Assembly: GCA_963827235.1 (NCBI GenBank) | Contig: CAWHAE010000008.1 | Span: 192,001 to 256,000, forward strand | Source: an uncultured bacterium | GTDB taxonomy: Bacteria; Chloroflexota; UBA5177; JANWHV01 | Direction: 5' to 3' | Length of the DNA: 64,000 nt | Position numbers and translations under genes: made by a program | Part shown: positions 9,707 to 18,869 of the stretch, piece by piece | Numbering within the stretch: position 1 is the first letter of the stretch | Layout of the letters: each line of letters opens with the position of its first letter | Notes under the pieces: generated by a model | Databases searched by the model: none | Told to the model about the DNA's origin: nothing | The model's input: the letters and a program-made list of their open reading frames with translations, nothing else

Positions 9707-10903
9707 CTAGTCCGTACTGGTCAGGTAGCCGCTGGAGGTGCTGGAGCTCGTTGCGGATTGCAAAGCTGCGAGCAGAGCCTTCAGAAGGTCCTGGCTGGAC
9801 GAGCTGGACGAACTGGACGAGCTGGTGGAACTCGCCGCATTGGTGGCGCTGGCAGCATCGGACTGCGTGGAACTACTGTCGCTCGCGCCGGTACCGGCCG
9901 GCGGCGGAGGCGGCGGCAGGTTGCCGTTGCCGGCAACGCTGGAAAGAGCGGCCGCGAGCTCCTTGAGGAGGTCGTCTCCGGTCGTGGTCGAGGACGAGGA
10001 CGTGCTCGAGTCGGACGAGCTGGATGACGAGCTCGTGCCGCTCGCGGCGGTCTCGAGCGCAGTGGCCAGCTCCTTGAGCAGACTCTGGCTCTGATCAGTG
10101 CTGCTGCTCGTCGTGCTGGAGTCGGTTGTACTGGTCGACGAGCTGGTGCCGCTCGCCGACGTGGACGTGCTGTCCGAAGATGTGGCCGACTCCAGGGCGG
10201 AAGCGAGTGCGCTCAGCAGCTTCTGACCCCGTTCCACGCTCGCCGAATCAGACGACGAGCCGGAGCTCGTGTCGCCGGTCGCGTTTTCCAGCGCTGCGGC
10301 GAGGTCCTTCAGCATGCCACCGCCGGGAGGCGGCGGCGGGGCGCCGGTCTGCGCAGTCACTGCGGTAGAGCTGCCGCTACTGCTCGTGCTGTCGGTACCG
10401 GAGTCGCCGGTGATGCTCTGCAGGGCGCTGGCAAGGGCCTTTAGCAGATCCTGGCCCGTGAGCGTCGAAGACGAGCTGGATGTGGCGTCAGTACTGGTGG
10501 TGGCGTCGGCGCTGGTCGTGCCATCACTGCTCGTCGTCGAGCTGGTGCCGGCGGTAGAATCGCTGCTCTGACCGATCGCCGACTGCAACGCCTGGGACAA
10601 CGCCTGCAAGAGGTCCTGCCCCTGGAATCCCTGGCCGGACTGGTAGCCGGGCGGCGGCCCATAGGTGTTGCCGTCGTAGGTGATGCCGTTCGTGCTGCTA
10701 GTGGAACCCGACGTGGATGACGTATCGTACGAGCTTTCCAGGTTCTGCAGGGCGTCGTCGGACAGCTCGAGACTGTAGCTTGACTCGCTGGAGGAAGTAG
10801 TGGAGCTGGAGCCAGTTGCCTGGCTGAGGGCTTGTTCGAGAAGCTTTTCGAGACGGCTCGATTCACTGGACGATCCGGTACCGCCGATCGACGAGATACT
10901 CAT
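9707..10903 (-). CDS. Ser/Thr-rich low-complexity protein with 8 amphipathic LLKALASAL-type repeats (harpin-like composition), 398 aa
   Basis: RBS AAAGGAG 8 nt before ATG 10903 (MSISSIGGTG...). Repeats include GQDLLQALSQALQS, GQDLLKALASALQS, GQKLLSALASALES and SQDLLKALLAALQS. Poly-Pro tracts are present. No Cys/Trp and no signal peptide. Confidence 0.85.
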   Translation of the reverse strand: MSISSIGGTGSSSESSRLEKLLEQALSQATGSSSTTSSSESSYSLELSDDALQNLESSYDTSSTSGSTSSTNGITYDGNTYGPPPGYQSGQGFQGQDLLQALSQALQSAIGQSSDSTAGTSSTTSSDGTTSADATTSTDATSSSSSTLTGQDLLKALASALQSITGDSGTDSTSSSGSSTAVTAQTGAPPPPPGGGMLKDLAAALENATGDTSSGSSSDSASVERGQKLLSALASALESATSSDSTSTSASGTSSSTSTTDSSTTSSSTDQSQSLLKELATALETAASGTSSSSSSSDSSTSSSSTTTGDDLLKELAAALSSVAGNGNLPPPPPPAGTGASDSSSTQSDAASATNAASSTSSSSSSSSSSQDLLKALLAALQSATSSSTSSGYLTSTD

Positions 10904-11024
10904 TCGGCTCACTCCTTTTCGGCTCGGCTCGTGTCAGATGCGATATATACTTCAGGTCGACCTCTGCATCTAGTGTCGTCACGAATACCCGCATTTTCAG
11001 AGCGATAAAGGGCCGAAATTGAGG

Positions 11025-11077
11025 TTCTTGGCAAACTCTTAGCAAGTTCTTAGCGAAACCTTAGGAAGCAGGCTCAG
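11025..11077 (+). promoter_or_regulatory. phased 11-bp direct-repeat array between divergent genes
   Basis: TCTTGG 11026, TCTTAG 11037, TCTTAG 11048 and CCTTAG 11059. TTCTTGGCAAACTCTT is shared exactly with the minus-strand array at ~9567-9582. Confidence 0.75.
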
Positions 11078-11247
11078 GGTCAATATCGGAAGCGGCACCC
11101 GCCTCACATCTGACGAGTCGGGCGCAGGCGGCGTGAGAACAACCGGACGATCGGGCGTGGGATGTTCGTGCAAGGGGCGGACATGGCGGCGGTCGACCCG
11201 GTCTATCTGCATGGCGTCCGCGTTCGAGTCAGGCCCGGTTTTGGGAC

Positions 11248-11324
11248 ACTTGTCAATCTCTTAGTTCTTTCTGTCTGTCTGCTTGCTTTTCACATAGGGT
11301 GCTCTTGGTTGACGTTTCTAACAT
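11248..11324 (+). promoter_or_regulatory. degenerate 11-bp repeat array plus -10 TAACAT upstream of the surface-protein gene
   Basis: TCTTAG 11259 and TCTTGG 11303 are 44 bp (4x11) apart, with degenerate units between. TAACAT at 11319 has the same 16-nt offset as in the 9.5 kb promoter. Confidence 0.55.
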
Positions 11325-11489
11325 GAAATCGTAAACAGCGGGAGGGCAGCAATCAGTTGCAGCGCAGGCCGGTTAGAAGTCGGGAGATACGGTCAAGGCC
11401 CAACTTGGGTCTGATCGTGCAAACCTGACAACACGCTTGCCCGGGTAGGCTCTCCGCTTCGCGGCGCTCCGCATGGAGGAGGAGTAGCT

Positions 11490-14400
11490 ATGGACGCCAA
11501 TCTTCGTCATTGCACGGCTCATCGCGTTGCCCGTCGTGTCCGTGGGTGGCCGCCAGTCATCGTGGCAGTGCTGGTTGCCAGTATCGTGATCGTTCCCTCG
11601 TGGAACGCAGGGCTCATTCAGGCGGCCTCTAGCAGCCAATCATCTGCCGTACTGCGTGCATCGAATGCAGCCGGCGGCGACACAGTGGCCCGATCGCGTG
11701 TTCTCGACGACGTCACCGCGACCACCGTGCCGACATCCACGTTCGTCCCCACGTCGACCACTGGTCCGACCACCGTCCCGACGTCCACATCCGTCCCCAC
11801 GTCGACCGCTGCCCCGACCACCGTCCCGACGTCCACGTCCGTTCCCACCTCGACGCCGGTGCCTTCGTCCACGTCGACCCACACGGTCGTGCCGACCTCC
11901 ACCGATACTGCGATCCCAACCTCGTCTGATACCGCGACGCAGACTTTCACGGCGACGTCGACGAACACCGCGATAGCCACGGCCACGTCGACGGTCGGAG
12001 GCCTGACACTGAGTCCGTCGTCGGGCGCCAGCGGCGCCAGCGTCTACATCTATGGGAGCGGGTTTTCGTCAAGCGAGGAAGTTTCCATCTATGTCGCCGG
12101 GACATATGACACGTATGTGTACGCCAGCAGCGGCGCGGTGAGCACATACATCTCGTTCCCCTCGACTACAATTACAGGTTACGTGGTCGTCGAGCTGCTC
12201 GGGGCCTCGAGCGGGCACGAGGACACCGGGGAATTCGATGTCACAAGCACCTCGAGTACCACACTCACGTTGTCTCCGACCTCCGGCTCAGCCGGTACCA
12301 CGGTGACGGCCTACGGTAGCGGATTCACGGCAGGGGAGACCGTCGAGGTCATGGCCAACGGCTCGGAGGTGGAAACCACGGCGACCTCGAGCAGCTCAGT
12401 CACCGTCTCCTTCACCTTTCCTTCGACCTCGAGCACCGGCTATAAGACGGTTGAGCTGTACGGACTCACCAGCGGGCATGTCGCCACTGCCTCCTTCTAT
12501 GTCTCCAGCACGTCGAGCACCACGCTCACGCTGTCGCCGACCTACGGAACCACCGGCAGTACCGTCACGGCGTACGGCACCGGATTTACGTACGGCGAGC
12601 TGGTCGAGCTGATGGCCAACGGCTCGTACGTCACAGAACAGACGGCCACGAGTACTGCGGTCACCATATCGTTCAGCTATCCCTCGACATCCAGCACGGG
12701 TTACCAGACAGTTGAAATGTACGGCCTCAGCAGCGGGCACACGGCTACCGCGTCGTTCGACGTGACAAGCACGTCGAGCAGCACGCTCACCTTGTCGCCT
12801 ACCTCGGGAAGTGCCGGCACGACGGTGACCGCCTACGGCACAGGGTTCACCTACGGCGAGTCGATCGAGCTGATGGCGAACGGCACGGAGGTAGAGGAAG
12901 TCACGGCGAGCAGCACTGCCGTCACCGTCTCGTTCAGCTACCCCTCGACGTCCAGCACTGGCTATCAAACGGTGGAGCTCTACGGTCTGAGCAGTGGGCA
13001 CACGGCGAGTGGTTCCTTCTACGTCTCGAGCACCTCGAGCAGCACGCTCACCCTGTCACCCACTTCCGGGACCACTGGTACCACAGTCACCGCCTATGGC
13101 ACCGGATTCACCTATGGCGAGTCGGTCGAGGTGCTGGCGAACGGCACCGAGATAGAGGTCGTGACGGCTACAAGCACGGCTGTGACGATCTCCTTCAGCT
13201 ACCCCTCTACGTCCGCCACGGGATATCAGACAGTAGAGCTCTACGGCCTGTCCAGCGGGCATACGGCGTCGGCCTCGTTCTACGTCACCGCTACGTCGAC
13301 CTCGAGCTTCACGTTGAGCCCGACCAGTGGCAAGCCGGGAGCGACGGTGTCGGCGACCGGCTATGAAACCACGTTCAGTCTTTATGGCGCTCAGACCGTC
13401 ACGATCAGCTTCGGCGGCACACAGGTCGCCACCGTGACGCCCGGCACCGCGGGCTACTTCAGCGTGTCCTTCACGGTCCCGAGCGGATTCAGCGGTACGG
13501 TGACGGTCACGGCCACCGCCGCGGCCTACGGCTATTCTGCCTCCCAGACCTTCTCGGTCGTCAAGCCAACGCTGACACTTGGTAGCAGCTCTGCGGTGCC
13601 CGGTACCCTGGTCTCGCTCAGTGGTACTGGATACACGCCGGGCGAGACTGTGACGATCACTCTGCCCGGGGGCGGCACCACCACTGCCACTGCCGGTAGC
13701 TCGGGCGCGCTGAGCACCTCGGTGACCATCCCGGCCGGTCTGTCCGCGGGTAGCGCCACGATCAGCGCGATAGGATCGAGCAGCCAGATCACGGTGAGCG
13801 CCACGCTGACCATAACCGGCGCCAGCCTGAGCGCAAGACCGGCCAGCGTCTCTGCAGGGAGCCAGGTCACGTTCAGCGGGAGCGGTTTTGCTCCCGGCGA
13901 AGTGGTGCAGCTCAGCGATTCGACAGGCGATAGCCAGAGCGTGGTGGCCGACAACCAGGGCGGCATGAGCGTAACGATTACGGTTCCTGCCACCCAGGTC
14001 ACGGGGTCGGCCGCGTTCACGGCACGAGGCCTGACGAGCAAATCGTCGGCATCGGCCACGGTCTTCGTGGCTGCGGTTGCCGTTCGTGCTGCTACCCCGA
14101 CCAGCACGCCGAGGCCGACCGTGCAGGTCTCGCCTACGGTGGCTGCTCCGAGCGCAAACACCGGTAGCTCCACCTGGTACTTCGCGGCCGGTCGCACGGA
14201 CAAGGGCTACAGCGAGCAGGTCGACGTGCTCAATCCCAATCATAGCTTGGTTCGCGGCACCATCACCCTGTACTACGGGAGCGGGAAGAGTACTTCCACC
14301 TCATTCAGCCTGGGAGCACTGGAACGCGGGACGTACGATGTGGGCAGCATTGTCGGCATGCAGCGCGGCATTGCAATTGTGATCAAAGCCGGCATGCCGG

Positions 14401-15419
14401 TGGCAGCGACGGTCACCGGCGAGCACGGCACAACCAACAAGACCGTGCTGAGCGGTGTCTCGGCGACGGCAGACAAGTGGTACTTTGCCGACGGCTATAC
14501 CACCAAGGCGTTCGTGGAAACCCTGGACGTGTTCAACCCAGGATCCACCTCCGCGTCCGTGCGGGTGACGTGGCCTCGGACCGGCGGCAAGTCCGTGCAG
14601 ACGACATTCACAGTGGCAGCGCATAGCGTGCGGTCGGTGTCCGTAAACAAGTATGTGCCAGGCACGTCGCATGCCATGATCGTGAGCTCCAATCACGCTG
14701 TGGTCGTGGCTCGCGAGACGGTATTCGGGTCCAAGAGCCAGGGGACTATGGTTACTCAGGGTACGTCACGTGCCGCGACCAAGCTCTACCTGGCCGAGGG
14801 CTCCACGACCGGTGGTGTCCAGGAATCGGTGACCGTGCTTGACCCCGGCAGCAAGAGCGCGCATGTTACGCTGACGTTCTATGCAAGTAGCGGCAAGTCC
14901 ATCGCCAAGCGCACGCTGACGGTCGGCAGCGTGCAGCGGCAGAGCATCGACGTCAACAGCATCACGAACTCGGCCTCGGTGGCGGCCGTTGTCAGCAGTG
15001 ACGTGCCGGTAGTGGCCGAGCGAATCATCTTCACCGGCAGCCCCAACGGAAGCTCCGCTGGCGGCACAGACGTGCTGGCGAGTGCGATCGCTGCCAGCGG
15101 CTGGGCCTTCGCCTCCGGTGACACGAGCGCCGGCAACAAGGAGTTCATCACTCTGCTCAACCCGGTGGGCAAGGCCGCGACGATCGTGGCCACCTGGTAC
15201 TCGAGCAGTGGCGAGCTCGTTCAGAGGCAGTTCACCCTGCCGGCCAACGCACGGATCACGATTGACGTCTCGCGCTCGGCGGGCACACTGCCGGCCGGAA
15301 GTCATGCCACGGTCCTGCGATCGCTGGCCGGTTCGCCGTTCGTCGTCGAACAGTCGCTCTATGATGGCGCGATGAAGCAGTGCGGCACGACGTCGGGCAC
15401 GTCGCTCGTCGGATCGTAA
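11490..15419 (+). CDS. large secreted/surface protein: signal anchor, Thr/Pro linker, tandem Ig-like (IPT/TIG-like) repeats, C-terminal WYFAxG-repeat region (DUF5719-like)
   Basis: RBS GGAGGAGGAG and a hydrophobic N-terminus. 87-aa repeats LTLSPTSGxxGTTVTAYGxGF. C-terminal repeats WYFAAGRT, WYFADGYT, LYLAEGST and WAFASGDT. Confidence 0.88.
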   Translation: MDANLRHCTAHRVARRVRGWPPVIVAVLVASIVIVPSWNAGLIQAASSSQSSAVLRASNAAGGDTVARSRVLDDVTATTVPTSTFVPTSTTGPTTVPTSTSVPTSTAAPTTVPTSTSVPTSTPVPSSTSTHTVVPTSTDTAIPTSSDTATQTFTATSTNTAIATATSTVGGLTLSPSSGASGASVYIYGSGFSSSEEVSIYVAGTYDTYVYASSGAVSTYISFPSTTITGYVVVELLGASSGHEDTGEFDVTSTSSTTLTLSPTSGSAGTTVTAYGSGFTAGETVEVMANGSEVETTATSSSSVTVSFTFPSTSSTGYKTVELYGLTSGHVATASFYVSSTSSTTLTLSPTYGTTGSTVTAYGTGFTYGELVELMANGSYVTEQTATSTAVTISFSYPSTSSTGYQTVEMYGLSSGHTATASFDVTSTSSSTLTLSPTSGSAGTTVTAYGTGFTYGESIELMANGTEVEEVTASSTAVTVSFSYPSTSSTGYQTVELYGLSSGHTASGSFYVSSTSSSTLTLSPTSGTTGTTVTAYGTGFTYGESVEVLANGTEIEVVTATSTAVTISFSYPSTSATGYQTVELYGLSSGHTASASFYVTATSTSSFTLSPTSGKPGATVSATGYETTFSLYGAQTVTISFGGTQVATVTPGTAGYFSVSFTVPSGFSGTVTVTATAAAYGYSASQTFSVVKPTLTLGSSSAVPGTLVSLSGTGYTPGETVTITLPGGGTTTATAGSSGALSTSVTIPAGLSAGSATISAIGSSSQITVSATLTITGASLSARPASVSAGSQVTFSGSGFAPGEVVQLSDSTGDSQSVVADNQGGMSVTITVPATQVTGSAAFTARGLTSKSSASATVFVAAVAVRAATPTSTPRPTVQVSPTVAAPSANTGSSTWYFAAGRTDKGYSEQVDVLNPNHSLVRGTITLYYGSGKSTSTSFSLGALERGTYDVGSIVGMQRGIAIVIKAGMPVAATVTGEHGTTNKTVLSGVSATADKWYFADGYTTKAFVETLDVFNPGSTSASVRVTWPRTGGKSVQTTFTVAAHSVRSVSVNKYVPGTSHAMIVSSNHAVVVARETVFGSKSQGTMVTQGTSRAATKLYLAEGSTTGGVQESVTVLDPGSKSAHVTLTFYASSGKSIAKRTLTVGSVQRQSIDVNSITNSASVAAVVSSDVPVVAERIIFTGSPNGSSAGGTDVLASAIAASGWAFASGDTSAGNKEFITLLNPVGKAATIVATWYSSSGELVQRQFTLPANARITIDVSRSAGTLPAGSHATVLRSLAGSPFVVEQSLYDGAMKQCGTTSGTSLVGS
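11721..11870 (+). repeat. 48-bp tandem repeat encoding TTVPTSTSVPTSTxxP (3 copies)
   Basis: accaccgt... at 11721, 11769 and 11817. Confidence 0.85.
12003..13310 (+). repeat. 261-bp (87-aa) intragenic domain repeats, 5 copies
   Basis: LTLSP-coding starts at ~12003, 12264, 12525, 12786 and 13047. Confidence 0.9.
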
Positions 15420-15439
15420 GCCCCGAGTCGCCACGCCCA

Positions 15440-15482
15440 GTGCCGTGAGGGAGCGGTCCAGTGATCCGCTCCCTCACGGCAC
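15440..15482 (+). terminator. 17-bp perfect hairpin after the surface-protein gene
   Basis: GTGCCGTGAGGGAGCGG-tccagtgat-CCGCTCCCTCACGGCAC. Confidence 0.7.
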
Positions 15483-15598
15483 GTTGCTGTCGCCGCCCGC
15501 GGTCCACATGAACTCGGTCGGCCCTCGCGCGAAGGCCGGCGGGAGCTGATTGTCTGTGGAGAACGAGTCTCAGTAACCGGAGAGTGGTCGAGCCATTC

Positions 15599-15664
15599 TC
15601 TTGGCGAGCTCTCAGAGTACTCTTAGGCTCTTCTTACCGCTCAGTCATACACGCTCAGTACGCT
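15599..15664 (+). promoter_or_regulatory. phased 11-bp direct-repeat array plus -10 TACGCT upstream of the glycosyltransferase
   Basis: TCTTGG 15599, TCTCAG 15610, TCTTAG 15621 and TCTTAC 15632. TACGCT at 15659. Confidence 0.75.
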
Positions 15665-15785
15665 GATCGGGTAGATCCCGCAGGGATCCTCGTCGGCCGC
15701 CGGGTCCCGCAGACAGCGAACCAGGCACCGGCCGGGGGCGTCCCAGCTGGACTCGAGTCGCGAGAAAGGAAACCGTCGAACGACG

Positions 15786-18734
15786 ATGGCCATTCGTGAA
15801 ATGCAAGCCCTGAGGGTGCGTGAACGCTCGCGCGCCGTCGACTACGCCGGCGCCCGGGTGATCATGGTGCCATGGCATCGGTTGGCGCTCGGGAGCATCC
15901 TCCTGCTCGCTGTGGTACTCAACTCGTGGGACCTGTCACGCCTCGGCTACGGAAATTCGTATTACGCGGCTGCCGTGCGCAGCATGATGCAGAGCTGGCA
16001 CAACTTCTTCTTCAACTCGTTTGATCCAGGAGGCTTCGTCACCATCGACAAGCCACCGCTGGGATTCTGGTTCCAGGTTGTGAGCGCCAAGCTGTTCGGC
16101 TTCAACGGAATCAGCCTGCTCCTGCCGTCGCTGGTGGCCGGCATTCTCTCAGTGTGGCTGCTCTATGTTCTGGTCGGTCGCGTGTTCGGTCGCGGTGCCG
16201 GGCTGCTCTCCGCGCTGGTCATGGCAGTCACTCCGGTGGCAATCGCTACCAACCGCAGCAACATCATCGACAGCATTCTGGTGCTATTTCTGATTCTGGC
16301 CGCGTGGGCCTTGAGCGTGGCAGCCGCGCGCGGCAGCCTGCGCTGGCTCCTCCTGTGTGCGATGCTTGTCGGGCTGGCCTTCAACGTCAAGATGCTCGAA
16401 GCCTACCTGGCAGTGCCCGCATTCGCAGTCGTCTACCTGCTTGGGGCATCGACCGCCTGGTGGAAGCGCATCATCCACATGCTGATAGCCGCGGTGGTGA
16501 TGCTGGTAGTCTCCCTGTCGTGGGCCTTGGCCGTGGACTTGACCCCAGCCAGCCAGCGGCCATGGGTTGACTCGACCAGCACCAACTCCGAGATCGATCT
16601 GGCGACGGGTTACAACGGTCTGCAGCGACTCACCGGTCAAGGCGGCCCGGGCGGAGGCGGCCCGGGCGGAGGCGGCGCGGGCGGAGGCGGCGCGCCCGGT
16701 CGGGCCGGCGGACGCCAACCCGCTGGTGGCGCCACGGGAAGTAGCAGCAAGACAGGCACGCCGCAGAGTCTCTCGACCATAGGCGGTAACACCGCCGGCA
16801 CGACAAATCAATCCAGTGTCCCGGCACGGCCTGCCGCCGGGTCCCAGCCCGCTACTGGGACCCAGCTTGGTGCCGGGGCACAGCTTGCTCCCGGGATGCA
16901 GACGGCATCAGGTTCCCAGCCTGGTGCGGGGGCCCAACCTGCCGCAGGCTCCCAGCCTGCATTGGGGTCCCAAACTGCTTCGGGATCCCTACCTGCTGCG
17001 GGATCCCAGGCCGCCACCGGGGCTCAGCTTGGGGCCGGGATGCAGCCTGCGACCGGGTCGCAGACTGCACCTGGCTCCCAGACTGGTGTGGCAACGCAGT
17101 TCTCTGCTGGCTCACAACCGGGTACCGGGATCGCCGGCTCGGGCGCACCGGTTACCGGAGCGACCGGTAGCTCGACCAGCGGCAGCGGCTTTCCGGGAAA
17201 CGCGAACGGCAACGGTGGTGGCCCTGGCGGCAACGCTGGTGGCCCTGGCGGCAACGGTGGTGGCCCTGGCGGCGGCGGTGGTGGCCCTGGCGGCGGCGGA
17301 CCAGGTGGCGGCGGCATGTTCGGCACCGGCAATCCAGGGTGGTTCCGCCTGTTCGGCCAGGACTTGGGCGGCCAGGCGAGCTGGCTACTGCCACTAGCCG
17401 CAATCGGATTTCTCGTGGTAGTAGCGAGCCGGCGCTTTCGTCCAACCCTCGATAGAGAGCAACAGACCGCCCTGCTGTGGGGTATATGGCTTCTCACTAC
17501 GGCGGTGTTCTTTAGCGTGGCAGGCTTCTTCCACCAGTACTATCTTGTTACCATGGCGGCACCCATAGCCGCGCTCTCCGGAATCGGCGTGAGCGTCCTC
17601 TGGCAGCAGTACTGCGCGCGCCGCTGGCTTGGCTTGCTGCTCCCGATCGCTTTGCCGATCACGGCTGCGGTCCAGGTGTCGTTGTTGCAGCCCTATCCAT
17701 CGTGGAGTAGCTGGCTGGAGCCGCTGATATATGGGATGACCGGCATCGGCACAGTGATGCTGATACTGGCCCGACTGCTGCGCCTGCATTTCGCTGGTGC
17801 CTTGGCACCCGCCGCCCTCGGCATTGCTCTAGCCTCTGTGCTGGTAGCACCGGCGGCTTGGGCGGCCAACACGGCGACGAGTGGCGGCGGTGGCGGAACG
17901 CCGAGCGCCGGTCCTTCCGCGTCCCAGGGCGGTCCCGGCGGCGGAGGCAGCGGGTCCTTCGGCGGCAACATTGAGCGCGGCGAGTCCAGCGCCGCTTCAC
18001 AGGCGGAGCATGCACAGCCCCTCGAACGTGGCCAAGCGCCCACGAGTGGTCAGATGTCGAAGGACGGGCCGGCTCCTACGAGCGGCCAGGCGCCCAGGAG
18101 CGGCCGTACCTCCACGGGCCTAGGACCGTCGGAGAGCAGTCCTGGTTCCGGCGGTGGCTCCGGAAACGCCGGTGGTGCGGGTGGTGACAATCTGCTGCAA
18201 TACTTGCTGAAGCACCAGGGCAAGACGAAGTTCCTGGTTGCGGTGGGAGACTCCAACAGCGCGGCATCCTACATTATCCAGACAGGCAAGCCGGTGATGT
18301 CCATGGGTGGCTTCACGGGCAGCGACCCGATTCTGACATTGGATCGCCTGAAGACGCTGATCAAGACCAACGCCGTGCGGTTCTTCCAGGGAGTAGGCGG
18401 TCGCGGCTCCGGCGGCGACGTCTCGAGCTGGGTGCAGAGCACGTGCAAGGCCGTCACGGTCGGTGCCAACGGCACCGCCACCGTCACCTCTCCGTCCGCG
18501 AACAGCTCGGCGACCAAGACCGGTTCGTCAGGGTCCGGCGGACAAGCAGGAAGCGCCGTACCCGGAGGATCGAGGAGCACGCTCGTGACCGACTCGAGTT
18601 CCACACACACGACGCTTGGCACAAGCTCAAACGGGCAAGGTTTTGCCGGCGGCCCACAGGGTGGCGGCGGCGGATTCGGTGGCATGGGAGGTAACAATCA
18701 GCAGCTCTACGACTGCGCGGGCGCGGTGAAGTAA
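15786..18734 (+). CDS. ArnT/PMT-family (GT-C fold, YkcB-like) membrane glycosyltransferase with long Gly-rich insertions
   Basis: GNSYYAAAVRSMMQSWHNFFFNSFDPGGFVTIDKPP, GLAFNVKML, RPWVDSTSTNSEIDLATGYNGLQRL, FFHQYY, PVMSMGGFTGSDP and C-terminal LYDC. Confidence 0.92.
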   Translation: MAIREMQALRVRERSRAVDYAGARVIMVPWHRLALGSILLLAVVLNSWDLSRLGYGNSYYAAAVRSMMQSWHNFFFNSFDPGGFVTIDKPPLGFWFQVVSAKLFGFNGISLLLPSLVAGILSVWLLYVLVGRVFGRGAGLLSALVMAVTPVAIATNRSNIIDSILVLFLILAAWALSVAAARGSLRWLLLCAMLVGLAFNVKMLEAYLAVPAFAVVYLLGASTAWWKRIIHMLIAAVVMLVVSLSWALAVDLTPASQRPWVDSTSTNSEIDLATGYNGLQRLTGQGGPGGGGPGGGGAGGGGAPGRAGGRQPAGGATGSSSKTGTPQSLSTIGGNTAGTTNQSSVPARPAAGSQPATGTQLGAGAQLAPGMQTASGSQPGAGAQPAAGSQPALGSQTASGSLPAAGSQAATGAQLGAGMQPATGSQTAPGSQTGVATQFSAGSQPGTGIAGSGAPVTGATGSSTSGSGFPGNANGNGGGPGGNAGGPGGNGGGPGGGGGGPGGGGPGGGGMFGTGNPGWFRLFGQDLGGQASWLLPLAAIGFLVVVASRRFRPTLDREQQTALLWGIWLLTTAVFFSVAGFFHQYYLVTMAAPIAALSGIGVSVLWQQYCARRWLGLLLPIALPITAAVQVSLLQPYPSWSSWLEPLIYGMTGIGTVMLILARLLRLHFAGALAPAALGIALASVLVAPAAWAANTATSGGGGGTPSAGPSASQGGPGGGGSGSFGGNIERGESSAASQAEHAQPLERGQAPTSGQMSKDGPAPTSGQAPRSGRTSTGLGPSESSPGSGGGSGNAGGAGGDNLLQYLLKHQGKTKFLVAVGDSNSAASYIIQTGKPVMSMGGFTGSDPILTLDRLKTLIKTNAVRFFQGVGGRGSGGDVSSWVQSTCKAVTVGANGTATVTSPSANSSATKTGSSGSGGQAGSAVPGGSRSTLVTDSSSTHTTLGTSSNGQGFAGGPQGGGGGFGGMGGNNQQLYDCAGAVK

Positions 18735-18869
18735 GTGCCGGCACCGCCTTGCCGGCTCGAAGGCGTATGGCATGCAATCGCTTGATTCCAGGCTCGCGGC
18801 CTTGTTGAGGCGGAACGCCGCGAGTCTCCCGGCACCTGCCGGTCGGTGCGCAGTCAGGCCCGGTCTGCC

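Noticed and set aside
10972-11000. Sigma28-like promoter (minus-strand TGAA-N15-GACGACAC) for the Ser-rich gene
   Set aside because: Only a partial match to TAAA-N15-GCCGATAA, and no flagellar genes in the window.
16835-17130. Ice-nucleation-protein repeats
   Set aside because: The period is 6 rather than 8/16, and the AGYGST/TxT motifs are absent.
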